DNA from: a virus
Reading direction: 5' to 3' (one strand)
Length of the DNA stretch: 38,284 bases
Virus genome (UHGV): UHGV-0085204
In this document: piece by piece, positions 16,051-26,034 of the stretch
How the letters are laid out: the number at the start of each line of letters is the position of its first letter
How positions within the stretch are numbered: the stretch's first letter is position 1
The notes under the pieces: generated by a model
What the model was told of the DNA's origin: nothing
The model's database searches: none
What the model saw: the letters and a program-made list of their open reading frames with translations, nothing else
Made by a program: the position numbers and the translations under genes

Positions 16051-16428
16051 ATGCGTGATATTCAGATGGTTCTTGAGCGTTGGGGAGCGTGGGCGGCTAA
16101 TAATCATGAAGATGTGACCTGGTCGTCCATTGCCGCCGGTTTTAAGGGATTAATTCCTTCAAAAGTAAAATCTCGCCCACAATGTTGTGACGATGACGCG
16201 ATGATCATTTGCGGGTGCATGGCCCGTCTGAAAAAGAACAACAGCGATTTGCATGATTTATTGGTGGACTATTATGTCGGCGGCATGACTTTTATGGCGC
16301 TTGCACGTAAGCATGGGCGATCTGATTGTTGGGTTGGCAGGATGCTCCAGAAAGCTGAGGGCGTAGTGGAGGGTATGCTGATGGTGTTGGATCTCCGATT
16401 GGAGATGGATGCTGATTGTTCGAAATAA
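16051..16428 (+). CDS. Late-gene antiterminator Q (DLP12 QuuD/phage 21-82 type)
   Basis: 125 aa from ATG at 16051 with GGAGTAAG RBS; cysteine cluster [12 protein letters not shown]; followed by terminator tR'. Confidence 0.75.
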   Translation: MRDIQMVLERWGAWAANNHEDVTWSSIAAGFKGLIPSKVKSRPQCCDDDAMIICGCMARLKKNNSDLHDLLVDYYVGGMTFMALARKHGRSDCWVGRMLQKAEGVVEGMLMVLDLRLEMDADCSK

Positions 16429-16429
16429 T

Positions 16430-16526
16430 TAAAGGAAAAGTTGCTGTCTGATTGTCATTAGTCTAACATTTTAAATGTTGGAATCGCAACGTAGTTATTA
16501 TCATATAACAGCTTGTTTCCTGATTT
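16430..16526 (+). promoter_or_regulatory. Candidate late promoter PR' / qut region
   Basis: Between Q stop and a strong terminator; possible -35 TTGCTG and -10 TAACAT with 17-bp spacing (weak match). Confidence 0.3.
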
Positions 16527-16555
16527 AGCCAGCCTCTCCAAAGGCTGGTTTTTTC
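16527..16555 (+). terminator. Rho-independent terminator (tR'-like): AGCCAGCC..GGCTGG stem, T7 run
   Basis: AGCCAGCCTCTCCAAAGGCTGGTTTTTT. Confidence 0.7.
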
Positions 16556-16582
16556 TAATAAGTATTATTTCGAGTAGGGATT

Positions 16583-17107
16583 TTATTGTTTAACCCATAA
16601 TAATTCATTGACATTGAATCCCAACTTTTGAGCGGTTCGCACATAGTCTGCTTTTACTTTATCTGGAATAGTTGGGGTCCTTGCCAGAATCCATAGGTAT
16701 TCTCTGTTCGGACCACTGACAAGAGCATACTTATACTCATCATCCAGTTTGATTACATTATAGCCACCATAGAAGGGGCCAAAAAACGAAACCTTCAACG
16801 CTGCAGTTTTAGTATCTCCAGTAAAGTATGCTTTACCTTCGCTCTCGCTCCATTTATTTTTCGTTGGATCGTATCCACGGTTAAGTACACGAATCCCTCC
16901 GTCGTTCCGTTTTCCATAAGTAGCGCTGACCTGTTCCAGACCACGTTCGAACCGGTTCTCGAGGCGAGCTATTTCATACCATTTTCCGAGGTAGCGGTTG
17001 GCGTCAAAATTTGTAATCGGCTGCACACCTTTAGGTGGTGTCGGGGCCTTACATGCTATAAGAGTGAAAGAGAGTGCAATGCCAGTCAACACAGGCCATA
17101 ACTTCAT
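16583..17107 (-). CDS. Outer-membrane lipocalin lipoprotein, Blc-like (moron)
   Basis: 174 aa; lipobox LIAC after signal peptide; GKWYEIAR and FFGPFYGGYNVI motifs shared with E. coli Blc. Confidence 0.9.
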   Translation of the reverse strand: MKLWPVLTGIALSFTLIACKAPTPPKGVQPITNFDANRYLGKWYEIARLENRFERGLEQVSATYGKRNDGGIRVLNRGYDPTKNKWSESEGKAYFTGDTKTAALKVSFFGPFYGGYNVIKLDDEYKYALVSGPNREYLWILARTPTIPDKVKADYVRTAQKLGFNVNELLWVKQ

Positions 17108-17299
17108 AATAAATCCTGTACTTTTGATAGTTGAGAGTAAGTATGAAAGATAGATGATTACGACCGATCACTTAAAGAACTTTCATACTATATTAGGAAT
17201 AGTCCATAACAGAAAAATTGTCAGTGATGACGCCAGAAAGGCAATTTATTCCGTGCATTACACAGTTTATGTGTTAATGAATTAGTCAAGGGGGAGAAT

Positions 17300-18259
17300 A
17301 TGATAAAAAAACCTGTGATTGGAATCAGCGGTTGTTTGACCGGTTCTGCTGTTCGTTTTGATGGTGGTCACAAAAGAGCTGACTTTTTAATGGACAAATT
17401 AGTGGAATGGGTAACATTCAGACCAGTATGTCCAGAAATGGCTATAGGGCTGCCAGTTCCGCGTCCTGCTCTACGTCTTGTGCGCTCGACGCAAGGAAAT
17501 ATACGGATGTGTTTTAGCCACGACCAGAATGAGGATGTGACAGAGAGAATGACAGAGTTTAGTCGTTCTTATATGAACAAATTAAAGGATGTATCGGGGT
17601 TTGTGGTTTGTGCTAAATCTCCCAGCTGTGGCATGGAGCGCGTGCGTGTCTATGATGAAAATGGTAATCGAGGTCGTAAAGATGGAGTGGGACTATTTAC
17701 GAGCACTTTGATGGAAAAGTTTTCCTGGCTACCGGTTGAAGAGGATGGGCGATTACATGATCCAGTGCTTCGTGAGAATTTTGTTGAAAGAGTTTTTGCT
17801 TTGCATGAGCTCAATCATCTTTACAAGGAGAAATTATCAAGAAGAGAGTTATTAGCTTTTCATAGTCGTTATAAGCTTCAGTTATTGGCGCATAGTCAGG
17901 CAGGCTATAAAGATATGGGACCATTTGTGGCTGCAATACACGAGTGGGCGGACCTTGAATCATACTTTGAGGTGTATCGTGATAAGCTGATGGCGATTCT
18001 CAGAAAACCTGCATCACGTAAAAATCACACGAATGTGCTGATGCATATACAGGGGTATTTTAGTAACTACTTAAGTACACGCCAGCGTAAAGAGTTGAGC
18101 GAGGTTATACTTAACTATCGTTCTGGCACATTACCTCTTCTTGCGCCGTTGACTCTGCTGAAGCATTATCTGGGTGAGTATCCTAATGATTACTTGCTTA
18201 CACAGAATTACTTCGATCCCTATCCGGACGAACTGGCTCTAAGACTGATGGTAAATTAA
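17300..18259 (+). CDS. YbgA-like protein (DUF523 + DUF1722, from memory) (moron)
   Basis: 319 aa; GGGGGAG RBS; N-terminal GISGCLTG cysteine-containing region. Confidence 0.65.
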   Translation: MIKKPVIGISGCLTGSAVRFDGGHKRADFLMDKLVEWVTFRPVCPEMAIGLPVPRPALRLVRSTQGNIRMCFSHDQNEDVTERMTEFSRSYMNKLKDVSGFVVCAKSPSCGMERVRVYDENGNRGRKDGVGLFTSTLMEKFSWLPVEEDGRLHDPVLRENFVERVFALHELNHLYKEKLSRRELLAFHSRYKLQLLAHSQAGYKDMGPFVAAIHEWADLESYFEVYRDKLMAILRKPASRKNHTNVLMHIQGYFSNYLSTRQRKELSEVILNYRSGTLPLLAPLTLLKHYLGEYPNDYLLTQNYFDPYPDELALRLMVN

Positions 18260-18608
18260 TTGTATGCGATATCATCCAAAAGGATGAGTTCCTGCATGCA
18301 GGATATTTACAATCGTAAAAACTACACTATGATACCCAGAGTGTCAGTTTGTATAAAAACTCTGTTTACGCTGAAGAAACCATTGAGATGCAACTTAAAG
18401 TTGGTAAACATGCCAGTCAAAATATAATATTATGATTCCACGCAGCTATATATAATATAACAGATTGGTTTAATAATTTGTCTTTGTGAGTTAAATACAT
18501 AATTTTATACTTGTGATGCAATGAGATTTTCCTTATTGTTGAACTGGCGAATATTGATTTTCCACCTATACTTACCTGGTGTAACCTCAATGATATCAGG
18601 TGGATAAT

Positions 18609-19355
18609 ATGCCATACATATGTTCTATCATTTTGGTGTTGAACTCGTTTGATGCCCGAATTGGTAAAGAAGATATTTTGTTTAAAAAAGGAAGTGCTGT
18701 TCTCATTGATTACAATTTAAAAGATTTTTTTTCATCAAATATAGATCATGTAATGATCGTAGATGTTGAAGAGAAAACAGTTAATGATTTCTTTAAAAGC
18801 AACACACTCTCACCTTTTTCTGTAAGAAGGTTTTATCCGGCATACTTGATGGTGGAATGTGAAGATTTTTCATTGTTAAAGAACTTGATTGCATGCTTGA
18901 ATTGTGATGGCAGAACTGTGGATTTTGTTAGAAATCAAATATCACTTGCATGTCTTGCTATCTTATCTTCAGAGAAAATAGTGCAAAGTTTTTTATTTGG
19001 ATGTCTTAATAGTTTAGGAAGTAAAGTTAAGGCTATTATTCACACGGATATATCTGCAGCATGGAGACTTTGTGATATATCTTCAAGACTGTATCTGAGT
19101 GAAAGTCTGTTAAAAAGAAAATTAAAGCACGAAGGCTTATCATTTAGTAAGTTAATTCTTGAAGAGCGAATGGTGATGGCGGAAAGGTTATTAAGCTACA
19201 ATTTATATTCTGTTGGAAAAGTTGCTGAGATATGCGGTTATGAAAATACGTCATATTTTGTAAGTGTTTTCAGAAGATATTTTGGTGTTCCTCCCCATCA
19301 ATATTCATCAAGATTTTTTTTAGAAAAAGACATGATGTCACGTGATACGTTTTAA
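18609..19355 (+). CDS. AraC/XylS-family transcriptional regulator, AT-rich (moron)
   Basis: 248 aa from ATG 18609 (AGGTGG RBS); C-terminal HTH TSYFVSVFRRYFGVPPHQY typical of AraC family; long AT-rich leader. Confidence 0.85.
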   Translation: MPYICSIILVLNSFDARIGKEDILFKKGSAVLIDYNLKDFFSSNIDHVMIVDVEEKTVNDFFKSNTLSPFSVRRFYPAYLMVECEDFSLLKNLIACLNCDGRTVDFVRNQISLACLAILSSEKIVQSFLFGCLNSLGSKVKAIIHTDISAAWRLCDISSRLYLSESLLKRKLKHEGLSFSKLILEERMVMAERLLSYNLYSVGKVAEICGYENTSYFVSVFRRYFGVPPHQYSSRFFLEKDMMSRDTF

Positions 19356-19402
19356 TGATTTTGTAATTTTCGTATTTGATAATTGTATGATGCTTTCAGC
19401 TA

Positions 19403-19433
19403 CGCCAGAATAATCGCTGGCGTTTTTCTTTTT
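19403..19433 (+). terminator. Rho-independent terminator after AraC gene
   Basis: CGCCAG aataat CTGGCG stem followed by TTTTTCTTTTT. Confidence 0.6.
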
Positions 19434-19528
19434 GAATAGATGTTCAAGCCTTACGCTAATGTAACTTCTATACCTTTCCTCTTCGTTCCGAACCGTGTAC
19501 ACCATCCGTTATTTGCGGAGGTGAGGCT

Positions 19529-19744
19529 ATGAAATCCATGGATAAGTTAACAACGGGCATTGCCTACGGCACCTCCGCAGGCAGTGCTGGCTACTGGTTT
19601 TTACAGCTGCTCGATAAAGTCACGCCCTCACAGTGGGCAGCAATAGGTGTGCTGGGTAGCTTGGTATTTGGCCTGCTGACGTACCTGACAAACCTTTATT
19701 TCAAGATTAAAGAAGATAAGCGCAAGGCTGCGAGAGGTGAATAA
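19529..19744 (+). CDS. Class II holin (phage 21 S21-type pinholin) with dual-start motif
   Basis: 71 aa; MKSMDK dual start (ATG at 19529 and 19538); [16 protein letters not shown] matches S21. Confidence 0.9.
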   Translation: MKSMDKLTTGIAYGTSAGSAGYWFLQLLDKVTPSQWAAIGVLGSLVFGLLTYLTNLYFKIKEDKRKAARGE

Positions 19745-20241
19745 TGCCTCCATCATTACGAAAAGCTGTTGCTGCTGCTATTGGTGGCGGGGCTATTGCT
19801 ATAGCATCTGTGTTAATCACTGGCCCAAGTGGTAACGATGGTCTGGAAGGTGTGAGACATAATCCTTACAAAGACATAGTTGGTGTATGGACTGTATGTT
19901 ACGGACACACCGGAAAAGACATTATGCTCGGTAAAACGTATACCGAAGCAGAATGCAAAGCCCTCCTGAATAAAGACCTTGCCACGGTCGCCAGACAAAT
20001 TAACCCGTACATCAAAGTCGATATACCGGAAACAACGCGCGGCGCTCTTTACTCGTTCGTCTACAACGTGGGTGCTGGCAATTTCAGAACATCGACGCTT
20101 CTTCGCAAAATAAACCAGGGCGATATCAAAGGCGCATGTGATCAGCTACGGCGCTGGACATACGCTGGCGGTAAGCAATGGAAAGGTCTCATGACTCGTC
20201 GTGAGATTGAGCGTGAAATCTGTTTGTGGGGTCAGCAATGA
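19744..20241 (+). CDS. SAR endolysin (lysozyme, R21-like)
   Basis: 165 aa; N-terminal Gly/Ala-rich weakly hydrophobic SAR segment [18 protein letters not shown]; lysozyme core. Confidence 0.9.
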   Translation: MPPSLRKAVAAAIGGGAIAIASVLITGPSGNDGLEGVRHNPYKDIVGVWTVCYGHTGKDIMLGKTYTEAECKALLNKDLATVARQINPYIKVDIPETTRGALYSFVYNVGAGNFRTSTLLRKINQGDIKGACDQLRRWTYAGGKQWKGLMTRREIEREICLWGQQ

Positions 20242-20696
20242 ACAGAGTAACCGCGATTATCTCCGCTCTGGTTATCTGCATCATCGTCTGCCTGTCATGG
20301 GCTGTTAATCATTACCGTGATAACGCAATCGCCTACAAAGAGCAGCGCGATAACAAGGCCAGTGAACTGGAGAAGGCGAACGCCACCATCGCTGACATGC
20401 GGAAGCGTCAACGTGATGTAGCAGAACTCGACGCAAGATACACAAAGGAGCTTGCTGATGCTAACGCGACTATCGAAAGTCTCCGTGCTGATGTTTCTGC
20501 TGGGCGTAAGCGCCTGCAAGTCGCCGCCACCTGTGCAAAGTCAACGACCGGAGCCAGCGGCATGGGCGATGGAGAAAGCCCAGGACTTACAGCAGATGCT
20601 GAACTCAATTATTACCGTCTCCGAAGTGGAATCGACAGGATAACCGCGCAGGTTAACTACCTGCAGGAGTACATCAGGACGCAATGTCTGAAATAA
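20238..20696 (+). CDS. Rz i-spanin
   Basis: ATG overlapping endolysin stop (ATGA); N-terminal TM helix then coiled-coil. Confidence 0.8.
   Translation: MNRVTAIISALVICIIVCLSWAVNHYRDNAIAYKEQRDNKASELEKANATIADMRKRQRDVAELDARYTKELADANATIESLRADVSAGRKRLQVAATCAKSTTGASGMGDGESPGLTADAELNYYRLRSGIDRITAQVNYLQEYIRTQCLK
20458..20643 (+). CDS. Rz1 o-spanin lipoprotein embedded in +1 frame of Rz
   Basis: Lipobox LLGVSAC followed by proline-rich [13 protein letters not shown]. Confidence 0.7.
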   Translation: MLTRLSKVSVLMFLLGVSACKSPPPVQSQRPEPAAWAMEKAQDLQQMLNSIITVSEVESTG

Positions 20697-20725
20697 TTTT
20701 TTTGCAAATCACAAAGTCCATTTAA

Positions 20726-20787
20726 TGAGCCTCGCGATGCGGGGCTTTTTTGCAATAAATGCGTACCGCAACGCATGTTTTTTTTAC
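20726..20787 (+). terminator. Terminator-like hairpin(s) with T-runs after lysis cassette
   Basis: Imperfect stems each followed by T6-T8 runs. Confidence 0.45.
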
Positions 20788-20900
20788 ACCGAACCTGCCC
20801 CTTTGGAATGGGCCTTTGAGGATACCAGTTAGTGCTGGCGAGCCTCGGTGGGCTGGTTTCCTGTGCGGCAAAGGTTCATTTCAAATGGTAGGTAAACGTT

Positions 20901-21422
20901 ATGAATATCGTGCCACTTAATTACAAAGGTGAAATTGTCAGTTTCAACACTGATGGTTGGATCAACGTCACAGGTGTTGCTGAGAGATTTGGGAAACGCA
21001 TTGATAACTGGATGCGTTTGGCAGAAACGCTTGAATACGTTCGTGCTTTAGACGAAGCGTTGACCGGGAAAGAATCTCAAATTTTACATCCCTCACAATC
21101 GAGGTATGTAAAAACCAGCAAGGCACGAAAGGACAGGGGTGGTGGTACGTGGCTACATCCAAAACTTTCAGTTGCATTTGCCCGTTGGTGTGATGCTCGT
21201 TTTGCTGTGTGGTGCGACCTGCACATTGATAGTCTGCTTCGCGGTGAACTGACTGAGCAGCAGAAATATGAGCAAGCATGTCGCATTCGCGATGACCGGA
21301 AATCAAAAGCCAGCAATGGGGCAAGAGAGATGGCTCGCTGGCGATGGGATAAGCCGGTTATTGAAGCAAATGTTGAGTACTGGCGCGAGCAACTGCAGTT
21401 GACTCTCGATATCGCGTGCTGA
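20901..21422 (+). CDS. KilA-N domain protein
   Basis: 173 aa; GWINVTGVAERFGKR...WLHPKLSVAFARWCDARF typical of KilA-N/APSES-like domain. Confidence 0.6.
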   Translation: MNIVPLNYKGEIVSFNTDGWINVTGVAERFGKRIDNWMRLAETLEYVRALDEALTGKESQILHPSQSRYVKTSKARKDRGGGTWLHPKLSVAFARWCDARFAVWCDLHIDSLLRGELTEQQKYEQACRIRDDRKSKASNGAREMARWRWDKPVIEANVEYWREQLQLTLDIAC

Positions 21423-21584
21423 TGGCAAACGCAAAACTGCGTTATCGAAAAAATCAAAGCATTACTAGAACTGAGCAACGGCTATCCATTACAAAGCCCA
21501 TCTACGGGTGGGCTTGATAATGGCTTATACCCTGCACGGGATAACTTAACTGATATCCCTTTTAACGGATAAACGGAGCCAACA

Positions 21585-21827
21585 ATGGCAGAGATTATTC
21601 CCATGACTGAAGAACAGAAATTCCAGTTAGAGATTTACAAACTGGTCATGAACCAGAACGCAGCTGCAGAGGAAGCATTTCAGTTCATTGGCACTGACGA
21701 ACTGAAGCTTGAGCTATTCAAAATTCACTTCCAGTCAGGCGGCGCTAATTCAGATATCACGACCCGCACTATCGAAGCGGTGCGTAAATCGAAGGAAGCG
21801 TTAGACCTGTTCACTACCGGAGCGTAA
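21585..21827 (+). CDS. Hypothetical small protein upstream of terminase
   Basis: 80 aa ORF with ATG start. Confidence 0.4.
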   Translation: MAEIIPMTEEQKFQLEIYKLVMNQNAAAEEAFQFIGTDELKLELFKIHFQSGGANSDITTRTIEAVRKSKEALDLFTTGA

Positions 21828-21906
21828 ACATGGCAACTCAAGGTTTCGACAACCCATCCAAATTCCGCGATGAATGGGATAAGCAAGCAGAAGGGAAATA
21901 ATCAAT

Positions 21907-22332
21907 ATGGCGACTGAGAAAAAGAAAGGTGGTCGCCCCTCTGATTATATGCCGGAGGTGGCTAATGACATTTGCGCATTGCTTTCCTCCGGTGAGAGTC
22001 TGCGCAAAGTTTGCGAACGCCCAGGAATGCCGAGCAAAACATCAGTTTTTCGCTGGCTGGCTGAACATCAGGAGTTTCGTGACCAGTACGCGAAGGCAAC
22101 AGAGACTCGGGCCGACTCTATTTTCGAAGAGATATTCGAAATTGCTGACGACGTAATCCCTGATGCCGCCGAGGTGGCAAAGGCAAGACTTCGCGTTGAT
22201 ACCCGCAAATGGGCGCTGGCCAGAATGAATCCCCGTAAGTATGGCGACAAGGTAACTAATGAGCTTGTCGGCAAAGACGGAGGCGCAATCCAGATTGAAA
22301 CATCACCGATGAGCACTCTGTTCGGAAAATGA
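21907..22332 (+). CDS. Terminase small subunit (Sf6 gp1-like)
   Basis: 141 aa; GGRPSDYMPEVA..SGESL.KVC.RPGMP...VFRWLA matches my memory of Sf6 TerS. Confidence 0.85.
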   Translation: MATEKKKGGRPSDYMPEVANDICALLSSGESLRKVCERPGMPSKTSVFRWLAEHQEFRDQYAKATETRADSIFEEIFEIADDVIPDAAEVAKARLRVDTRKWALARMNPRKYGDKVTNELVGKDGGAIQIETSPMSTLFGK

Positions 22333-23744
22333 CCTCGATTAATCCTATCTTTGAACCGTTCATTGAGGCGCATCGCTACAAAGTCGCCAAAGGCGGTCGA
22401 GGTAGCGGCAAATCATGGGCAATTGCGAGGCTGCTTGTTGAAGCGGCGCGTCGGCAGCCAGTGCGTATTCTCTGCGCTCGCGAACTGCAAAACAGTATCA
22501 GCGATTCGGTAATCCGGCTGCTTGAAGACACCATAGAGCGTGAAGGGTATACGGCTGAGTTTGAAATTCAGCGTTCCATGATTCGTCATCTCGGAACGAA
22601 TGCTGAGTTCATGTTCTACGGCATCAAAAACAACCCGACGAAGATTAAATCGCTCGAAGGCATTGATATCTGCTGGGTGGAAGAAGCGGAAGCGGTAACA
22701 AAGGAATCGTGGGATATCCTGATGCCAACCATCCGCAAGCCGTTTTCCGAAATATGGGTGAGCTTTAACCCGAAGAACATACTCGACGATACCTATCAGC
22801 GATTCGTTGTAAATCCTCCCGATGATATTTGCCTGCTGACGGTGAACTACACCGACAACCCGCACTTTCCTGAAGTTCTCCGTCTGGAGATGGAAGAGTG
22901 CAAACGCAGAAACCCGACACTGTATCGTCACATCTGGCTTGGTGAGCCAGTAAGCGCAAGTGATATGGCAATCATCAAACGTGAATGGCTTGAAGCCGCA
23001 ACCGATGCGCACAAGAAACTCGGATGGAAAGCGAAAGGCGCTGTTGTCTCTGCGCATGACCCATCAGACACAGGGCCAGATGCTAAAGGTTACGCATCGC
23101 GTCACGGTTCGGTAGTTAAGCGCATTGCCGAAGGCCTGCTGATGGACATCAACGAGGGCGCTGACTGGGCTACTTCTCTGGCGATTGAAGACGGCGCTGA
23201 CCACTACTTGTGGGATGGTGATGGTGTTGGTGCAGGTCTACGCAGACAGACAACGGAAGCGTTCTCCGGTAAGAAAATCACCGCCACGATGTTCAAGGGC
23301 AGCGAATCGCCATTCGATGAGGATGCGCCTTATCAGGCCGGAGCATGGGCTGATGAAGTCGTGCAGGGCGACAACGTTCGCACTATTGGCGATGTATTCC
23401 GCAATAAGCGAGCGCAATTCTATTACGCGCTGGCTGACAGGCTGTATCTGACATATCGGGCGGTTGTTCACGGTGAGTATGCAGACCCCGACGACATGCT
23501 GAGTTTCGACAAAGAAGCAATAGGCGAGAAGATGCTGGAGAAGCTGTTTGCAGAACTTACGCAGATTCAGCGCAAATTCAATAACAACGGGAAGCTGGAG
23601 CTTATGACTAAGGTAGAAATGAAGCAAAAGCTCGGGATCCCATCTCCTAACCTGGCTGATGCGTTGATGATGTGTATGCATTGCCCGGAGTCGGCTGCGC
23701 AACCCGACTATTCCAGTTACTCAATTCCTTGTGGTGTAGGTTGA
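22329..23744 (+). CDS. Terminase large subunit
   Basis: 471 aa; Walker A KGGRGSGKSW; ATGA overlap with TerS. Confidence 0.95.
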   Translation: MTSINPIFEPFIEAHRYKVAKGGRGSGKSWAIARLLVEAARRQPVRILCARELQNSISDSVIRLLEDTIEREGYTAEFEIQRSMIRHLGTNAEFMFYGIKNNPTKIKSLEGIDICWVEEAEAVTKESWDILMPTIRKPFSEIWVSFNPKNILDDTYQRFVVNPPDDICLLTVNYTDNPHFPEVLRLEMEECKRRNPTLYRHIWLGEPVSASDMAIIKREWLEAATDAHKKLGWKAKGAVVSAHDPSDTGPDAKGYASRHGSVVKRIAEGLLMDINEGADWATSLAIEDGADHYLWDGDGVGAGLRRQTTEAFSGKKITATMFKGSESPFDEDAPYQAGAWADEVVQGDNVRTIGDVFRNKRAQFYYALADRLYLTYRAVVHGEYADPDDMLSFDKEAIGEKMLEKLFAELTQIQRKFNNNGKLELMTKVEMKQKLGIPSPNLADALMMCMHCPESAAQPDYSSYSIPCGVG

Positions 23745-23745
23745 T

Positions 23746-25944
23746 ATGGCAGAAAAAAAGATGACTGACTGGCATCGCAAGGTGCTGTGCAACTTTGATA
23801 ATGCCTGGTCAGCAACGCAGGATATGCGTGAGCAGATTATTGAGGCTCAACGTTTCGTCAGGGTGTCCGGCGCACAGTGGGAAGGCAGCACAAACGCTGG
23901 TTACTCATTTGATGAAGGCAGGTTTGAGCATTATCCGCGTTTTGAACTGAATAAGATTGCCCGTGAATGTGATCGCATCATTGGCGAGTATCGACAGAAT
24001 CGCATCAGCGTTAAATTCAGACCGAAGGACGATAAGGCATCGGAAGCGTTAGCCGAAAAGATGAACGGAAAATTCCGCGCTGACTATCAGGAAACATCCG
24101 GTGGCGAAGCGTGTGATAACGCATTTGATGATGCCGTAACGGGTGGATTTGGTTGTTTCCGCATGTGTGCCGATTACGAAGATGAAATGGATCCTAGTAA
24201 TGAGCAGAGGCGCATCAGCCTTCTTCCTGTTTACGACCCGGCGACATGCGTCTTCTTCGATCAGGACAGCAAGCAATATGACCGCTCTGATGCTATGTGG
24301 GCTATGGAAATGTTCTCCATGACGCCTAAAGCGTTCGAGGCTGAATACCCTGATTCCATTGCGGCAAGCCTTTCTCGGGATGACACTGGTACTCAGTATG
24401 ACTGGTCAACGCCCGATGCCATCTATGTTGGACGCTACTACGAAGTTCGCATAGAGAAGGTGAAGCTCACGGCGTGGCGCAACCCTGTTAGCGGAGAAAC
24501 GGCAATCTATGATGAAGAGCAAATCAAAGATATTGTCGACGAGCTGACCGATGGTGCATTCGAACTGATTGGCGAGCGAACGGTGAAGAAGCGCCGCGTT
24601 TATTGCGGTCTTCTGTCTGGCGCTGAATGGCTGGAAGAACCGAAGCGTATTCCGGGCGAACATATTCCTCTCATCCCGGTATATGGGCGTCGCTCATTTG
24701 TTGATAATCAGGAGCGAATAGAAGGCCACGCAGCAAAAGCGATGGATGCACAGCGTCTTGAGAACCTGATGGTTTCTATGATTGCAGATAACGCTACTCA
24801 GGCTGGCGGTGATGGCATTCCTATCGTGGATGTTGATTTCATTCCCGGCCCATTAATGAATCACTGGGCAGAGAGGAATAAGAAAAGACCTGCAGTTCTT
24901 CCCATGACCAGCAAGAAGGACAAAAACGGAACGGTCATTTCAGAGGCTCAGGTTGCTGGCTGGACACCTCCGACACAAATGCCTCCTGCTCTTGCCGGGC
25001 TATTGCAGTACACCGGAACGGCTATTCAGCAAATTACAGGTGCGTCGCAGCTTGAGAACATGCCGAGCAACGTCGCTACCGATACCGTTGATAGCATCTT
25101 TAACCGGATGGACACGCAGTCCTATATCTACATGGACAACATGGCTAAATCCATGCGTCGCGCTGGCGTTGTGTGGCTTTCTATGGCGCGTGAGGTCTAT
25201 GGCAGTGATACGCCGATGCGTATCGTTAATGAGGACGGCAGCGATGACGTGGCGCTGATGACTGGTGAAGTGGTTGACCGTCAGACAGGGCAGGTTATCG
25301 CGCTTAATGACCTTTCGCAGGGTAACTATGAAGTGACTGTCGATGTTGGCCAGTCGTTCGCTACTCGCCGTGATGCAACGGTTAAGTCGTTACTTTCCAT
25401 GCTGGCACTTATCCCACCAGGAACTCCGAAGCACGACCTTGTATCGTCGATGATTCTCGACAATATGGACGGCGAAGGGATGGACGACCTGAAAGAATAC
25501 AACCGCAATCAGTTGCTTCTGTCTGGCGTTATCAAGCCGAGAACGCCTGAAGAGCAGCAGATGGTTGAACAGGCGAAACAACAACAGGCCAGTCAGCCAG
25601 ATCCGGCTATGGTTGCAGCGCAAGGTCAGCTTCTTGCTGGTCAGGCTGAATTGCAGAAAGCGCAGAACGAACAGGCAGCCATTCAGGTTAAAGCATTCCA
25701 GGCACAAACTGATGCTCAGGTTGCAGCGGCAAATGTTGTGAAAATACTCGCATCTGCCGATAGCCAGCAGAAATCTGATATCCGCGAGGCTCTGAAACTG
25801 CTCGGACAGTTCCAGCAACAGCAAGGAGACAATGCCCGTGCTGATGCAGAGCTTGTCCTGAAAAGTCAGGCACAGGGCCATGCGCAGCGCATGGACATCA
25901 GCAGCATCCTGCAAAAATCAACCCGGCAACAACCACAGCAGTAA
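23746..25944 (+). CDS. Portal protein (P22 gp1 family)
   Basis: 732 aa; GEHIPLIPVYG and C-terminal QQDPAMVAAQGQLLAGQAELQKAQN...RMDISSILQ resemble P22 portal. Confidence 0.95.
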   Translation: MAEKKMTDWHRKVLCNFDNAWSATQDMREQIIEAQRFVRVSGAQWEGSTNAGYSFDEGRFEHYPRFELNKIARECDRIIGEYRQNRISVKFRPKDDKASEALAEKMNGKFRADYQETSGGEACDNAFDDAVTGGFGCFRMCADYEDEMDPSNEQRRISLLPVYDPATCVFFDQDSKQYDRSDAMWAMEMFSMTPKAFEAEYPDSIAASLSRDDTGTQYDWSTPDAIYVGRYYEVRIEKVKLTAWRNPVSGETAIYDEEQIKDIVDELTDGAFELIGERTVKKRRVYCGLLSGAEWLEEPKRIPGEHIPLIPVYGRRSFVDNQERIEGHAAKAMDAQRLENLMVSMIADNATQAGGDGIPIVDVDFIPGPLMNHWAERNKKRPAVLPMTSKKDKNGTVISEAQVAGWTPPTQMPPALAGLLQYTGTAIQQITGASQLENMPSNVATDTVDSIFNRMDTQSYIYMDNMAKSMRRAGVVWLSMAREVYGSDTPMRIVNEDGSDDVALMTGEVVDRQTGQVIALNDLSQGNYEVTVDVGQSFATRRDATVKSLLSMLALIPPGTPKHDLVSSMILDNMDGEGMDDLKEYNRNQLLLSGVIKPRTPEEQQMVEQAKQQQASQPDPAMVAAQGQLLAGQAELQKAQNEQAAIQVKAFQAQTDAQVAAANVVKILASADSQQKSDIREALKLLGQFQQQQGDNARADAELVLKSQAQGHAQRMDISSILQKSTRQQPQQ

Positions 25945-26034
25945 TTAACCCATAACGTGCAATGGCTGTCTTTATGAGGCCTGGCACCCTATTGCCTTCC
26001 GATGGGCTGAACATCGAGTAAACAGGGGTAACAA

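Noticed and set aside
24049-25914. Several ORFs (both strands) inside the portal gene
   Set aside because: Embedded in or antisense to the portal coding sequence; typical six-frame noise in a long gene
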